DNA of 64,000 bases from Candidatus Omnitrophota bacterium (GCA_015233115.1 JADFYJ010000005.1:22359-86358); one strand, 5' to 3'; shown: positions 48,692-58,795, counted from the first letter of the stretch. Notes: generated by a model not told the origin, from the sequence alone. Program-made: numbers and translations.

Positions 48692-49420
48692 TTACGGGAC
48701 GACCTTCAGCACTCTGACCAAATCTTCTCGGGTATCCACCCCGATCGTCTCAATATCCGTCACGACCGTCTTAATTTTGTAGCCAGCCTCTAAAACTCTC
48801 AGCTGTTCCAGTTTTTCCGTCTGCTCAAGATAAGATGACGGCAAACGATTAAAACTTAACAAAAAATCTTTTCGATAAGCGTAAATGCCCAGATGTTTAT
48901 AATTTTTCAATTTATTAAATGGCGCGCCGTCACGGTTAAACGGAATAGTCGCTCTCGAAAAATATAAAGCATAACCCTGATGATCAATCACCACTTTAAC
49001 TACATTAGGATTATTAAATTCCGTCGTATCACTTAGCAACTTGATGGCTGTTGCCATAGGTGTCGCTTTGTCATGCTCCAGCACTTTAACCAGATCATCA
49101 ATCACCTGATGCTGAATTAACGGCTCATCGCCCTGAATATTAATCACAATATCACAAACCACATCTTTAACCGCTTCCGCGATCCGGTCTGTTCCGGACG
49201 CATGGTCTTTAGCCGTCATCACTGCCTTAGCCCCAAACTTTTTCGCCGCTGACATGATGCGTTCATCATCAGTCGCAATCAAAACGTCTGCCAAATATTT
49301 GCTCTGCTTGGTTCTTTCCCAAACATGCTGAATCATAGGCTTGCCCGCGATTTCAGCCAAAACCTTACCTTCAAACCGAGTCGATCCCCAACGAGCAGGA
49401 ATTACGCCAATTGCCGTCAT
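48692..49420 (-). CDS. kdsB: 3-deoxy-manno-octulosonate cytidylyltransferase (CMP-KDO synthetase)
   Basis: 242-aa ORF beginning MTAIGVIPARWGSTRFEGKVL, with IQGDEPL. Confidence 0.85.
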   Translation of the reverse strand: MTAIGVIPARWGSTRFEGKVLAEIAGKPMIQHVWERTKQSKYLADVLIATDDERIMSAAKKFGAKAVMTAKDHASGTDRIAEAVKDVVCDIVINIQGDEPLIQHQVIDDLVKVLEHDKATPMATAIKLLSDTTEFNNPNVVKVVIDHQGYALYFSRATIPFNRDGAPFNKLKNYKHLGIYAYRKDFLLSFNRLPSSYLEQTEKLEQLRVLEAGYKIKTVVTDIETIGVDTREDLVRVLKVVP

Positions 49421-49440
49421 GTCTTATCCTCATATTTAAT

Positions 49441-49780
49441 AGTAACCAAGTAACCGAGTAACCGAGTAACAAAGTAACAGCATAAAAACTATTGGTTTTA
49501 AAAAACACAAAACCAGGAAAAATATATTTTAATAGTAAACATGTAAATAAAGTAACAAAGCAAAAACATAAAAACGCTTGGTTCTAAAGAACATAAAACC
49601 TAAAAAACATATAATAAACATTTATTTTATAAAATTATTCTTTTGAGAAACACAAACAATTTTTATTTTATTCCGGTTATCCAAGCTTTTATGCTTTAAT
49701 TTCTGATTCTTCTTTTATCCATTCGCTTTTGCTCTGTTACTCGGTTACTCGGTTACTTGGTTACTTTTTAATAGCGTCTA
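49441..49780. repeat. 8-nt repeat inverted-repeat element (GTAACCRA family) with core ATTCGCTTTTGCT and ~240-nt AT-rich loop, between the rfaE-like gene and kdsB
   Basis: AGTAACCAAGTAACCGAGTAACCGAGTAACAAAGTAACAG ... GCTCTGTTACTCGGTTACTCGGTTACTTGGTTACTTTTTA (reverse complement). Confidence 0.7.
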
Positions 49781-50774
49781 AAAGTTCTTCCACTGACACG
49801 GCATAGACGCCTAACTTTCCCACCACCACACCCGCCGCAGCATTAGCCATTTTAGCTGACTGGCGCTTGTCTGCGCCTGCAGTTAATGCTAAAGTAAACA
49901 CCGAAATCACCGCGTCGCCCGCGCCAGTCACATCAAAAACTTCCTGCGCTTGAGTAGGAATAGAAAACGATTTTTTATTTTTTTCAAATAACCGCATACC
50001 CTTCTCACCCAAAGTGATGAGTAAAGACTCAAGATCCAAATAACGCATCAATTCCTGCCCAGCCAAATCGATTTCTTCATCCGTACCTAACCGGTCCACA
50101 GTAATATCCAAAGTCGGCGCAGTAGAGGTAATTTTAATATTCCTGATCGCGTTCTCTGCCTCTTTTAAATTCGGCGTAATGGATGTCACCTTACGATAAT
50201 AGCTAAAATGCCCCACTTTCGGATCTACCGTAATGATCTTTTTCTTGCGCAAAGCTAAATGGCACACAAATTCCACTAGCTCAGACGTAATAACCCCTTT
50301 TCCATAATCCGATAAAATAATCCCATCACATTCCGCAATATGTTTTTCAATAAACTGTAAAATCTTTTCCTGAACCTGCCGGTTCTCACCGCGGACTTGT
50401 TCCTGGTCGATGCGGACAATCTGCTGATGCTGAGCCATAACCCTGGTTTTCGTGATGGTCGGGGCTTTATTATCCAAAAATATCCCGTTGGTATTAATAT
50501 CTTTACGCTTCAACTCCCGCTTTAACAACTGGCCTTCAAAATCATTCCCAATTCTACCAACCTGCATCACATTCGCCCCTAATTTCCGCAAATTATGCGC
50601 TACATTAGCCGCTCCCCCTGGCGTATAAAAGAATTTTTCCTGTAAAAGCACTGGCACAGGCGCTTCTGGAGAAATCCTGGACACTGTTCCTTTGATATAA
50701 CGGTCCAAAATCACATCCCCAATCACCATAATAGTTTTGGATTTGAACCGTTTTACGATATCCGCGTAAGTCAT
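49761..50774 (-). CDS. PfkB-family sugar kinase, RfaE/HldE domain I-like (D-glycero-D-manno-heptose 7-phosphate kinase)
   Basis: 337-aa ORF with a ribokinase-like fold and DVTGAGDA near the C-terminus. Sits in the LPS core cluster. Confidence 0.7.
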   Translation of the reverse strand: MTYADIVKRFKSKTIMVIGDVILDRYIKGTVSRISPEAPVPVLLQEKFFYTPGGAANVAHNLRKLGANVMQVGRIGNDFEGQLLKRELKRKDINTNGIFLDNKAPTITKTRVMAQHQQIVRIDQEQVRGENRQVQEKILQFIEKHIAECDGIILSDYGKGVITSELVEFVCHLALRKKKIITVDPKVGHFSYYRKVTSITPNLKEAENAIRNIKITSTAPTLDITVDRLGTDEEIDLAGQELMRYLDLESLLITLGEKGMRLFEKNKKSFSIPTQAQEVFDVTGAGDAVISVFTLALTAGADKRQSAKMANAAAGVVVGKLGVYAVSVEELLDAIKK

Positions 50775-50849
50775 ACCCTGCCTTTATTATATAAATTGAA
50801 TCAAAACGAAGCCAAATTGTAACATACTTTGATAAGAGCGTCAACGGCC

Positions 50850-50878
50850 TTGACAACAGAAAAAACATGTGGCATATT
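50850..50878 (+). promoter_or_regulatory. Candidate sigma70 promoter for the first FG-GAP gene (TTGACA-17 nt-CATATT)
   Basis: TTGACAacagaaaaaacatgtggCATATT lies 50 nt upstream of the ATG at 50929. RBS AAGGAA is 9 nt upstream of the start. Confidence 0.3.
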
Positions 50879-50928
50879 TGATAAAATTTACCTAACAATA
50901 TAAACAAACCCTTAATTAAGGAACTCAA

Positions 50929-52980
50929 ATGAAAAAAATTTGCTTATTATTAATGCTACTGGTGTCATTCGCCCCTCATTCCGGTTCTGCGGCTAGCGAT
51001 GGTCCTTTCTGGTCCTGGGTTTCAGCTCCCACATTGATGGATATTAATAACGACGGAACAACAGAGTTGGTATATAATCGGGGCGGACAATTATATGCTT
51101 ACAATAATAAAGGAATCCTCCCAGGTTATCCTAAAATTTCGAAACTAAATCCCTATTCAACCCCAACTATCGTTGATTTAAACAGTGACGGGAAAAAAGA
51201 AATTATCGGCGTATGCGACAAAAATAAAATTTGCATTTATGATACAGACGGAGCAGTATTTCATGGTTGGCCACAAAAGGTCTCAGGCCATGTGGTCAGT
51301 TCACCAGCCGTAGCAGATATAGACAAAGATGGTCTCTATGAAATTGTCGTTGGTACAGATTATAGCGGGTCAAAATCCACCAAAGTTTATATTTTCCGCC
51401 AAGATGGCAGCTTAATGACTGGCTGGCCGAAAGATGTTATGGCGGGGGTAGCAGCAAACCCGGTTATTGCTGATATTAACGGGGATGGCTCATTAGACAT
51501 TGTGGTCGCAACGCTGGATGGAACAATCCATGTATGGGACAAAGATGGCCACAATCTTCCGGGATGGCCTAAATTCATTTCAGGAAAAGCAACGGACTTT
51601 GGCAGTATTTATGGATCTTCACCTGCTGTTGCTGACTTAAATAATGATGGCACAAAAGAAATTGTAGTTTGTGATAGTACCGGTCACATTTTTGTTTTAA
51701 AAGCTGATGGTTCCATACTGAAAGGCTGGCCTCAAACCGCGGGCCATTCAATCCAATTTTCTTCACCCTCAATCGGTGATGTGAATGGAGATGGAAAATT
51801 AGAAATCGCAGTAGGCAGTTTTGATGGAAAAGTATATCTATGGAAAGCAGACGGTACAATCATGCCTGGTTGGCCTCAAGCAACACAAGGCCCGGTTTAT
51901 GCTTCCCCAGTTTTAATTGATATTGATCAGGATGGCAAATTAGAAGTTGCCGCTGGTTCAACCGATAATAAAGTTTATATTTGGCAAGCCAATGGAAACC
52001 TCCTTGCTGGATGGCCGCAAACAATATCAGAAAAAAGCTTGAATTCTCTGGCATTCGGTGATTTTGATAATAATGGCAAACTTGATCTTTTAGCTGTGAC
52101 AGATAACAAAGTGAATACTTGGAAATTTGCCAATACAACCACTTTACCTTGGTCGATTCCTCGGTATGATCAGCAAAGAACAGGTTTTTATTCGTACAAA
52201 AAAAATGACGCAGAAATCATTGTTTATAAACAGCCTGTCGCAGTAGCGATAGGTACTTCCGTAACGTTAAAAGTTAAAGTCACGAACAACGGCCTCGACG
52301 TATGGAAAAACGGATATGATGTTTTAACAAAAACCCTTAATAAAAACGCTTATGATTGCCGCGCCCATCTTTATGATGCCAAAGGCAAATTATTAGTATG
52401 GGATTTATTCATGTCGGGAAATGATTTTCCCAAAGATGTCAAACCCGGAGAAACCGCCTGGTTAACGTTTACAGTTCCAACCACCGGAAAAAATGCCAGC
52501 ATTACTCAAACAGGTTCCTATATGCTTGGCGTCGATGTTGTTCATGAAAACGTAGCCTGGTTTAATCAGGAAGTTAAAACCAACATTTTTAAAGTGCAAA
52601 AAAATAATGACGCAGCTATTGTTATTCTCCAACAGCCGAATTCAGTAAAAATAGGCAATGCCGTAACATTAACAGTCAAAGTAACCAATAATGGTTTTGA
52701 TGTCTGGAAGCACAATGATGATAAAAACGGTTCCTATGCCTGCCGCGCCCACCTTTATGATTCTAAAGGCAATTTGAAAGTATGGGATTTATTCTTACGT
52801 GGAAAAGATTTAGGAAAAGATGTAAAACCCGGCGAAACTGTTACTCTCTCTTTTTCTGTACCAGTCGAAAAAAGCTCAAATATTCCAGCCGGCACATACT
52901 CCTTAGGAGTAGATATGGTCCATGAAAAAGTAGCATGGTTTAATCAAATAGTAAAAACAAATACTTTTATAGTTAAATAA
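50929..52980 (+). CDS. Secreted FG-GAP/beta-propeller repeat protein with two C-terminal Ig-like (CARDB-like) modules, paralog 1
   Basis: Signal peptide MKKICLLLMLLVSFAPHSGSAAS. About eight ~50-aa repeats, each with GWPq and a Ca-binding-like D-x-N/D-x-DG-x-x-E loop (ADINGDGSLDIVVAT etc.). The ~130-aa C-terminal module (...VTNNGxDVWK...YDCRAHLYD...DVKPGET...) is duplicated. Confidence 0.7.
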   Translation: MKKICLLLMLLVSFAPHSGSAASDGPFWSWVSAPTLMDINNDGTTELVYNRGGQLYAYNNKGILPGYPKISKLNPYSTPTIVDLNSDGKKEIIGVCDKNKICIYDTDGAVFHGWPQKVSGHVVSSPAVADIDKDGLYEIVVGTDYSGSKSTKVYIFRQDGSLMTGWPKDVMAGVAANPVIADINGDGSLDIVVATLDGTIHVWDKDGHNLPGWPKFISGKATDFGSIYGSSPAVADLNNDGTKEIVVCDSTGHIFVLKADGSILKGWPQTAGHSIQFSSPSIGDVNGDGKLEIAVGSFDGKVYLWKADGTIMPGWPQATQGPVYASPVLIDIDQDGKLEVAAGSTDNKVYIWQANGNLLAGWPQTISEKSLNSLAFGDFDNNGKLDLLAVTDNKVNTWKFANTTTLPWSIPRYDQQRTGFYSYKKNDAEIIVYKQPVAVAIGTSVTLKVKVTNNGLDVWKNGYDVLTKTLNKNAYDCRAHLYDAKGKLLVWDLFMSGNDFPKDVKPGETAWLTFTVPTTGKNASITQTGSYMLGVDVVHENVAWFNQEVKTNIFKVQKNNDAAIVILQQPNSVKIGNAVTLTVKVTNNGFDVWKHNDDKNGSYACRAHLYDSKGNLKVWDLFLRGKDLGKDVKPGETVTLSFSVPVEKSSNIPAGTYSLGVDMVHEKVAWFNQIVKTNTFIVK

Positions 52981-52998
52981 ACGTTTCTTTCCCATCCC

Positions 52999-53034
52999 GC
53001 CTCCGGTAGACAAAAGTCTCCCGGAGGCTTTTAT
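52999..53034 (+). terminator. Rho-independent terminator after FG-GAP paralog 1
   Basis: GCCTCCGGtagacaaaagtctCCCGGAGGC followed by TTTTAT. Confidence 0.65.
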
Positions 53035-53200
53035 AGCCAATTAAAGTAACCGCTTTCGCTAAAACGGTCCTACCCCCTTTTTTTTTATTAAAAGCCATGG
53101 CAAACTTAAAGTATGGAAAGCGTGTCTTATAAAACCAGTATTGTTAAAAAAATACATGAGTTTTATTAATATGAATCAAATACAACACAGGAGAGCAAAT

Positions 53201-55930
53201 ATGTTAAGAACCAACCCCCAAAAATTTTCTGTATTATTCTTAGCATTGATTCTCTCAATACTCATTTTGTCCTACGACTCTCAAGCAGCTTCAAAATCTA
53301 CGGTAACATCCCAACCTAAGGGGGCGGTAGGAGTACCCCAAAGCGACCCGGATTTTACTATGGTAGTCCTTCCTGATACTCAATATGAGGTAGACTGGGA
53401 AGCCAAAAAAACATCAACAATTTGGACCACCATGACAGATTGGATAAAAGCGGATCCTTTAAAGCTGAATATTAAAGTAGTCATTGGCGTTGGTGATATT
53501 ACTGATCAGCATGATAAATCAGAAATAGATTTTATAACAGCCCAACAAGGCTTCAATAAAATTCTCAGTGCTTCTATCCCTTATGTCCCCACAATTGGTA
53601 ATCATGATTATGATGACGCCTATAACCGCGTAGCTACAACCTATGATAAATATTTCGGTCCTGCTCAGCTTAGCAAAAGTGAAAAACAGTGGTATGGCGG
53701 TTGTTACAACGGAAGTGATCAAAACTTTTACATGAAATTTGACATTGGAACGCATAAATATCTCGTTCTAGCTCTAGAATTTTTCCCCAGCGCTAAAGCC
53801 TTGTCTTGGGCACAAGGCATTTTGGACGCCAACGCAAACGCTGATAGAGAAGTTATCGTGACAACACACGCCTATCTTAACCAAAATGGCGAGCGGCAAG
53901 GTAATGAGGGTCTGGGAGCTCTAAATTATTATAAAGGAAAGATTGAACAAACTGATTTTAATAACGGACCTGAAATGTGGGATGCCTTTATTAAAAAAAA
54001 TAAAAACATCATCATGACTTTAAATGGACACTTTACGGACACAATAACCACAGCAAAAAGAACTGATGCCGGCACTTATGGTAATCTCATACACCAAATA
54101 TTTGTGGATTATCAATATCGAAATTTGGGTGATGGGTATATGATGCTTTTAAAATTCCAACCTTCCTCCAATAATATACAGGTATCATTTTATTCGCCGT
54201 ATTTAGGAATCTACGATCCAAAAAATAAGACTTACGACTTGCCCTATAACATGCCTAATGGATCAACACCAAACCAATTTAAAACTTCTCCGGTTTCCGA
54301 TTCTGTTTTAATGGATATTAATAATGACGGACAAAAAGAATTGACATTTATTAAAAATGGGCAAATGAATGCTTATGACAGTAAAGGGTCTTCTCTCTCT
54401 GGCTTTCCTTGGAATACCCGCTTTAATACCACCTCTCCTGCTATCGTTGATTTAAACGGTGACGGAAATAAAGAAATTATTGGAGGCTGTGATAAAGGTC
54501 TTTGTGTATACGATACAAACGGCATGATGGTTTCCGGATGGCCGAAAATAATATCTGGGACAAATATCAGCGCGCCAGCTGTGGCAGATTTGGACAAAGA
54601 TGGACGAAAAGAAATTGTCATAGAAGCCGCCGCTTATACCGGAGCGCCCTCCACTAACCTTTATGTTTTCCATTCTGATGGTACTTTAATGGAAGGCTGG
54701 CCGAAAAGTGTTGATGGCGGCGTGGCGACAAATCCAATAATCGCTGACTTGTACGGAAACGGATCATTAGATATCATTGCCGCAACCCTTAATGGGCCAA
54801 TTTACGTATGGGATATCAATGGAAACGCTTTGGAGGGATGGGCTAGACGACTTCCAAAAATAAAACTCGATTATAATGCTATTTTTAAAACCTCACCAGC
54901 TGTGGCAGATTTAAATAATGATGGTAAAAAAGAAATTGTGCTCTGCGATAATAATGGTATGGTCTATGTTTTTAAACCAAATGGTGAAATTCTATCCTCT
55001 AACTGGCCCAAGCAAATCTCTGCGGGAACTGAATTAACTGCTCCCTCCATCGGAGATATCAATAATGACGGAAAACTTGAAATCGCGTTAGGGAGTTCAA
55101 ATGGAAAAGTATATTTATTAAATAACGACGGCTCAAATGTAACTGGCTGGCCGCAAACGACCCAAGGCCCCATTTATGCGGCGCCAGTGCTCGCCGATGT
55201 TGACAATGACGGCAAATTAGAAATAGCAGTCGGTTCAACTGATAAAAAAATATATATTTGGAAGAATAATGGATCACCGCTATCGGGATGGCCCAAAATT
55301 ACCAATAATTCATTCCTGACTCCTCTAGTTTTAGGCGATTTTGATAACGATGGTATTCTTAACCTCATAGCTGTCACAGACGCTCAGGTGTATAGTTGGA
55401 AATTAACCTGTACCAAAAATTTACCTTGGTCCATTCCCCGGTATGATTTTCAAAGGACAGGTTTTTATTCGTACAAAAACAATGACGCGGAAATCATTAT
55501 TTACCAGCAACCGAATTCCGTTAAACTGGGCAATTCCGTTACCGTAAAAGTTAAAGTCACAAATAATGGTCTGGATACCTGGAAAAGCGGTTATGACGTC
55601 TCAACCGGCAATTTCAACAATAAAGCATATGATTGCCGGGCACATCTTTATAATGCTAATAGCAAATTATTAACCTGGGACTTGTTCATGACTGGCAATG
55701 ATTTTACAAAACCCAATGATGGAAAATACATCAAAGATACCAAAAAATACCCGTTCATACCCGCAGATGTGAAACCAGGCGAAACAAATTGGATGATTTT
55801 TACTATTCCCACAGGGAAAAACACCAGCATCACAAAACCAGGAACCTATAAACTTGGAGTAGATTTAGTCCAAGAAACAGTGGCATGGTTTGGACAGGAA
55901 ATAAAATCATTAACTTTTAAAGTTGAATAA
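53201..55930 (+). CDS. Secreted fusion protein: N-terminal calcineurin-like metallophosphoesterase, FG-GAP beta-propeller, and C-terminal Ig-like module, paralog 2
   Basis: Start at ATG 53201 (RBS CAGGAGAG; signal peptide FSVLFLALILSILILSYDSQAAS). Phosphoesterase motifs GDITDQHD, GNHDYDD, TTHAYLN. Then the same FG-GAP repeats and C-terminal module as paralog 1. Confidence 0.7.
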   Translation: MLRTNPQKFSVLFLALILSILILSYDSQAASKSTVTSQPKGAVGVPQSDPDFTMVVLPDTQYEVDWEAKKTSTIWTTMTDWIKADPLKLNIKVVIGVGDITDQHDKSEIDFITAQQGFNKILSASIPYVPTIGNHDYDDAYNRVATTYDKYFGPAQLSKSEKQWYGGCYNGSDQNFYMKFDIGTHKYLVLALEFFPSAKALSWAQGILDANANADREVIVTTHAYLNQNGERQGNEGLGALNYYKGKIEQTDFNNGPEMWDAFIKKNKNIIMTLNGHFTDTITTAKRTDAGTYGNLIHQIFVDYQYRNLGDGYMMLLKFQPSSNNIQVSFYSPYLGIYDPKNKTYDLPYNMPNGSTPNQFKTSPVSDSVLMDINNDGQKELTFIKNGQMNAYDSKGSSLSGFPWNTRFNTTSPAIVDLNGDGNKEIIGGCDKGLCVYDTNGMMVSGWPKIISGTNISAPAVADLDKDGRKEIVIEAAAYTGAPSTNLYVFHSDGTLMEGWPKSVDGGVATNPIIADLYGNGSLDIIAATLNGPIYVWDINGNALEGWARRLPKIKLDYNAIFKTSPAVADLNNDGKKEIVLCDNNGMVYVFKPNGEILSSNWPKQISAGTELTAPSIGDINNDGKLEIALGSSNGKVYLLNNDGSNVTGWPQTTQGPIYAAPVLADVDNDGKLEIAVGSTDKKIYIWKNNGSPLSGWPKITNNSFLTPLVLGDFDNDGILNLIAVTDAQVYSWKLTCTKNLPWSIPRYDFQRTGFYSYKNNDAEIIIYQQPNSVKLGNSVTVKVKVTNNGLDTWKSGYDVSTGNFNNKAYDCRAHLYNANSKLLTWDLFMTGNDFTKPNDGKYIKDTKKYPFIPADVKPGETNWMIFTIPTGKNTSITKPGTYKLGVDLVQETVAWFGQEIKSLTFKVE

Positions 55931-55945
55931 TAAATTCTTATTAAC

Positions 55946-55982
55946 CCGCCTCTGACGGAAAATATCCGTCGGAGGCTTTTTA
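55946..55982 (+). terminator. Rho-independent terminator after FG-GAP paralog 2 (homologous to the one after paralog 1)
   Basis: CGCCTCTGACGGaaaatatCCGTCGGAGGC followed by TTTTT. The flanking aaagtaaacgctttcc block is also shared with the first intergenic region. Confidence 0.65.
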
Positions 55983-56100
55983 AGATAGTTTAAAGTAAAC
56001 GCTTTCCCCAAAACGCTTTTACACTCTTTTTATTTTTCAAATTACCATATATACTTTAGACATGAATATAAATGTTGGCAAACACCAAAGGAGCTGGAAA

Positions 56101-57876
56101 ATGAAAAAAATTTATTTACTGTTAGTTTTACTGTTAGTAGCGTTTAAGCCTGCTTTTGGATCTGTCATTAATAACATCGGCTTAGACCCAACCCAAAAAA
56201 CTTCAGATCCAGTTTCAGCCGATTTGTTTAACAATGGACAAAAAGAAGTCATCTACACTCAAAATGGCCAAGTCTACGCTTACGATAAAAACGGAATTAT
56301 CCCAGGCTTTCCCTGGAAACATACATACTTTAATGCTGCTTCTTCTTTAGCTATCGTAGATTTATACGGCGATGGTAATAAATATGTTATTGGAGGTTGT
56401 TACAATAAAACAGCCGGCAACGAAGTTTGTGTATACGATTCACATGGTGTTGCTCCTCATGGATGGCCCCAGAAAGTCTCAAGTTATATTGGTGGTGCGC
56501 CAGCTATTGCGGATTTAGATAATAATCATCAAAAAGAAATTATAGTCGCCACAAATATGCAGGTTTATATTTTCAATTCTGATGGGAAGTTGCGGTCTAA
56601 CTGGCCTAAAACGGTGGAATTTACTGGTAGGCCTGGTGTGATTGGCATGAATGGAGTGAGTACCAGCCCTGTTATCGCGGATATGGATGGAGATGGTGCA
56701 TTAGATATCATAGTAGCAACTACCAGCGGATTAATTAATGTTTGGAATAAAGATGGAAACTTAATTCACAAATATTATGGAACTTATATGTTAGGGACCG
56801 CACCTGCGGTTGCCGATTTAAATCAAGACGGTAAAAATGAAATAGTTTTCGGTGATCAAACCTTGAATAATTCCTACAACTATGTAGGTAACATCTATGT
56901 TTATAAAAAAGATGGCAAGCTAGTCTGGAAAAAACCAATTGAAGGCGGATTAGCACATTCTTCTCCGGTCATAGGCGATTTGGATAAGGATGGCAAATTA
57001 GAAATTGTGGCGACAGGAAGTGAAGGAAAAGTATATGTGTTCAAAGCTGATGGTTCTCTCATGCCAGGTTGGCCGAAATCTATTCCTGGCCAAATTGCCA
57101 CGTCCCCGGTTTTATTAGATATTTTTCAGGATAAAAAATTAGAGATAGTTGTCACGGCAAAAGATGGAAACGTATATTTTTGGAATTATGAGGGAACTTT
57201 AGTTCCATTTCAAAGTGGTAAAAATCCAATGCCCAATCCGATGCGCATATTACCACAAGGTAATGTATTAAACTCTCCGGTTTTTGGTGATTTTTATGGC
57301 GATGGGTATTTGGATATCGTAGCTGTTGCAGGCAACTCTATTGCTAATTGGGAATTACCGCCCTATAAAACAACTTTACCTTGGTCAACCCCTGGGTATG
57401 ATTTTCAACGAACAGGATATTATTCTTACAAAAGTAATGACGCGGAAATTGTTATTTACAACCAACAACCCAAAAATGGTTCAGTCACTTTAAACGATTC
57501 TGTAACTTTAAATGTTAAAGTCACGAATAATGGCTATGACACATGGAAAAGCGGTTATGATGTCGTAACGAAAAAGTTTAATGACAACGCCTATGATTGC
57601 CGCCCCCATCTTTATGCTTCAAAAGGCAACCTATTAAAATGGGACTTATACGTGGCAACAGGTCTCGATAAAAACAAAAAATATTACGGGAATGACTTCG
57701 GAAAAGATGTAAAACCTGGTGAAAGTGTTTTAATGACATTAATCATTCCTACCACCGGACAAAATGCCGCATTATTTAAAAAAGGCTCCTCATATCGCCT
57801 CGGCGTTGACGTGGTCCATGAAACTGTCGCATGGTTTGGACAAGAAGTGAAATCAGCGGCTTTTACAATTAAATAA
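56101..57876 (+). CDS. Secreted FG-GAP/beta-propeller repeat protein with one C-terminal Ig-like module, paralog 3
   Basis: Start at ATG 56101 (RBS AAAGGAGC; signal peptide MKKIYLLLVLLLVAFKPAFGS). Same repeats, including GWPQ and ADLDNNHQKEIIVAT-type loops. Confidence 0.7.
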   Translation: MKKIYLLLVLLLVAFKPAFGSVINNIGLDPTQKTSDPVSADLFNNGQKEVIYTQNGQVYAYDKNGIIPGFPWKHTYFNAASSLAIVDLYGDGNKYVIGGCYNKTAGNEVCVYDSHGVAPHGWPQKVSSYIGGAPAIADLDNNHQKEIIVATNMQVYIFNSDGKLRSNWPKTVEFTGRPGVIGMNGVSTSPVIADMDGDGALDIIVATTSGLINVWNKDGNLIHKYYGTYMLGTAPAVADLNQDGKNEIVFGDQTLNNSYNYVGNIYVYKKDGKLVWKKPIEGGLAHSSPVIGDLDKDGKLEIVATGSEGKVYVFKADGSLMPGWPKSIPGQIATSPVLLDIFQDKKLEIVVTAKDGNVYFWNYEGTLVPFQSGKNPMPNPMRILPQGNVLNSPVFGDFYGDGYLDIVAVAGNSIANWELPPYKTTLPWSTPGYDFQRTGYYSYKSNDAEIVIYNQQPKNGSVTLNDSVTLNVKVTNNGYDTWKSGYDVVTKKFNDNAYDCRPHLYASKGNLLKWDLYVATGLDKNKKYYGNDFGKDVKPGESVLMTLIIPTTGQNAALFKKGSSYRLGVDVVHETVAWFGQEVKSAAFTIK

Positions 57877-57890
57877 AAATGATATTATCA

Positions 57891-57929
57891 AAAAACGGCT
57901 TTGGCGATATTGACCAAAGCCGTTTTTTA
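57891..57929. terminator. Bidirectional terminator hairpin between convergent FG-GAP paralog 3 and arfB
   Basis: AAAAAACGGCTTTGGcgatattgaCCAAAGCCGTTTTTT, with A-run and T-run on either side. Confidence 0.65.
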
Positions 57930-57937
57930 TTTCTCCT

Positions 57938-58303
57938 TTATTCCCAATCTCGAGAATTTATTCTTAGCTTCTTTTTTTCTGATCTAATATGTTTAGCTTC
58001 AAGCATTTTTTCCTTGGCGGATTGGGAAAGTTTACGGTTTTTGCGGCGCTCTTTTTCTTTAGCGGTGATAATGACACTCCGCTCTTTCTGCTCCCTCTGC
58101 TCAAGCTTACTTAATAACATCGCCCGCGCCGTAATACGGTTTAAAGCCTGATTTCGTTCTTTCTGGCATTTAACCTGAATACCGGTCGGAATATGATAAA
58201 GCACCACACAAGTAGCGACTTTATTAACATTCTGCCCGCCAGCCCCTGACGAACGGACAAACGTCTCCTTAATATCTTTCTCTAAAATTTTAATATGCGG
58301 CAT
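57938..58303 (-). CDS. arfB: Alternative ribosome-rescue factor ArfB (peptidyl-tRNA hydrolase, GGQ domain)
   Basis: 121-aa ORF with GGQ motif in ...[18 protein letters not shown]... and a basic C-terminal tail. Confidence 0.8.
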   Translation of the reverse strand: MPHIKILEKDIKETFVRSSGAGGQNVNKVATCVVLYHIPTGIQVKCQKERNQALNRITARAMLLSKLEQREQKERSVIITAKEKERRKNRKLSQSAKEKMLEAKHIRSEKKKLRINSRDWE

Positions 58304-58356
58304 ACGCTTTTTTATTATATTTAGATCATGCCATGACTAAAAAAAGGGCAGTGTTA

Positions 58357-58430
58357 AAATCATGTCCCAGAGCGAGTTTCCTTGGCGCTTCGCCAAGGTT
58401 GTTTGAGCGAAGGACAGGATTTTAATAGTG
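58357..58430. repeat. Diverged third copy of the structured element (core only): CCCAGAGCGAGTT-[CCTTGGCG CTT CGCCAAGG]-TTGTTTGAGCGAAGGA, with a new outer stem AAAATCATGTCC/GGACAGGATTTT, nested in a further 10-bp inverted repeat (58327-58338 / 58432-58443)
   Basis: Flanking motifs are identical to copies 1 and 2. The 8-bp stem is completely replaced yet still pairs, and the CTT loop is retained. Confidence 0.55.
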
Positions 58431-58461
58431 ACCGATCAAGCCGTCATGGCATTCCACCATG

Positions 58462-58773
58462 TTATACAAATGAACAACAATAATCTGTGCCTTTAATAAT
58501 TTTCACTTTAAATTTGGAAGACCCCGTTACTTCAAAGGATTCGCCGCCTTTAATTTTTTTCCAAACCGTCTGCCCCGGCAATAACACCTCAAGTTCACCC
58601 GACATAATCTCCATAATCTCCGGCGCATTCGTACCGAATTCATATTCACCCGGAAGCATAAACCCCAAAGTTTTAGTAGACCCATCAGCAAATTTAATCG
58701 TCCGACTCACCACTTTAGCCTCAAAATACACATTAGCTTTTTTAACAACTGTTACATTAGTGAATTCACTCAT
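58462..58773 (-). CDS. ppnP: Pyrimidine/purine nucleoside phosphorylase PpnP (DUF1255 cupin)
   Basis: 103-aa ORF, ...VYFEAKVVSRT...LGFMLPGEYEFGT..., matching the YaiE/PpnP family. Confidence 0.7.
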   Translation of the reverse strand: MSEFTNVTVVKKANVYFEAKVVSRTIKFADGSTKTLGFMLPGEYEFGTNAPEIMEIMSGELEVLLPGQTVWKKIKGGESFEVTGSSKFKVKIIKGTDYCCSFV

Positions 58774-58795
58774 GTTCCCATCTCCTATTAGATTA

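Noticed and set aside
50605-50928. 107-aa minus-strand ORF between the rfaE-like gene and the first FG-GAP gene.
   Set aside because: - It overlaps the 3' end of the rfaE-like CDS in another frame.
- It spans the predicted promoter of the plus-strand FG-GAP gene.
- It has no RBS or homolog pattern.
- It is more likely non-coding promoter DNA.
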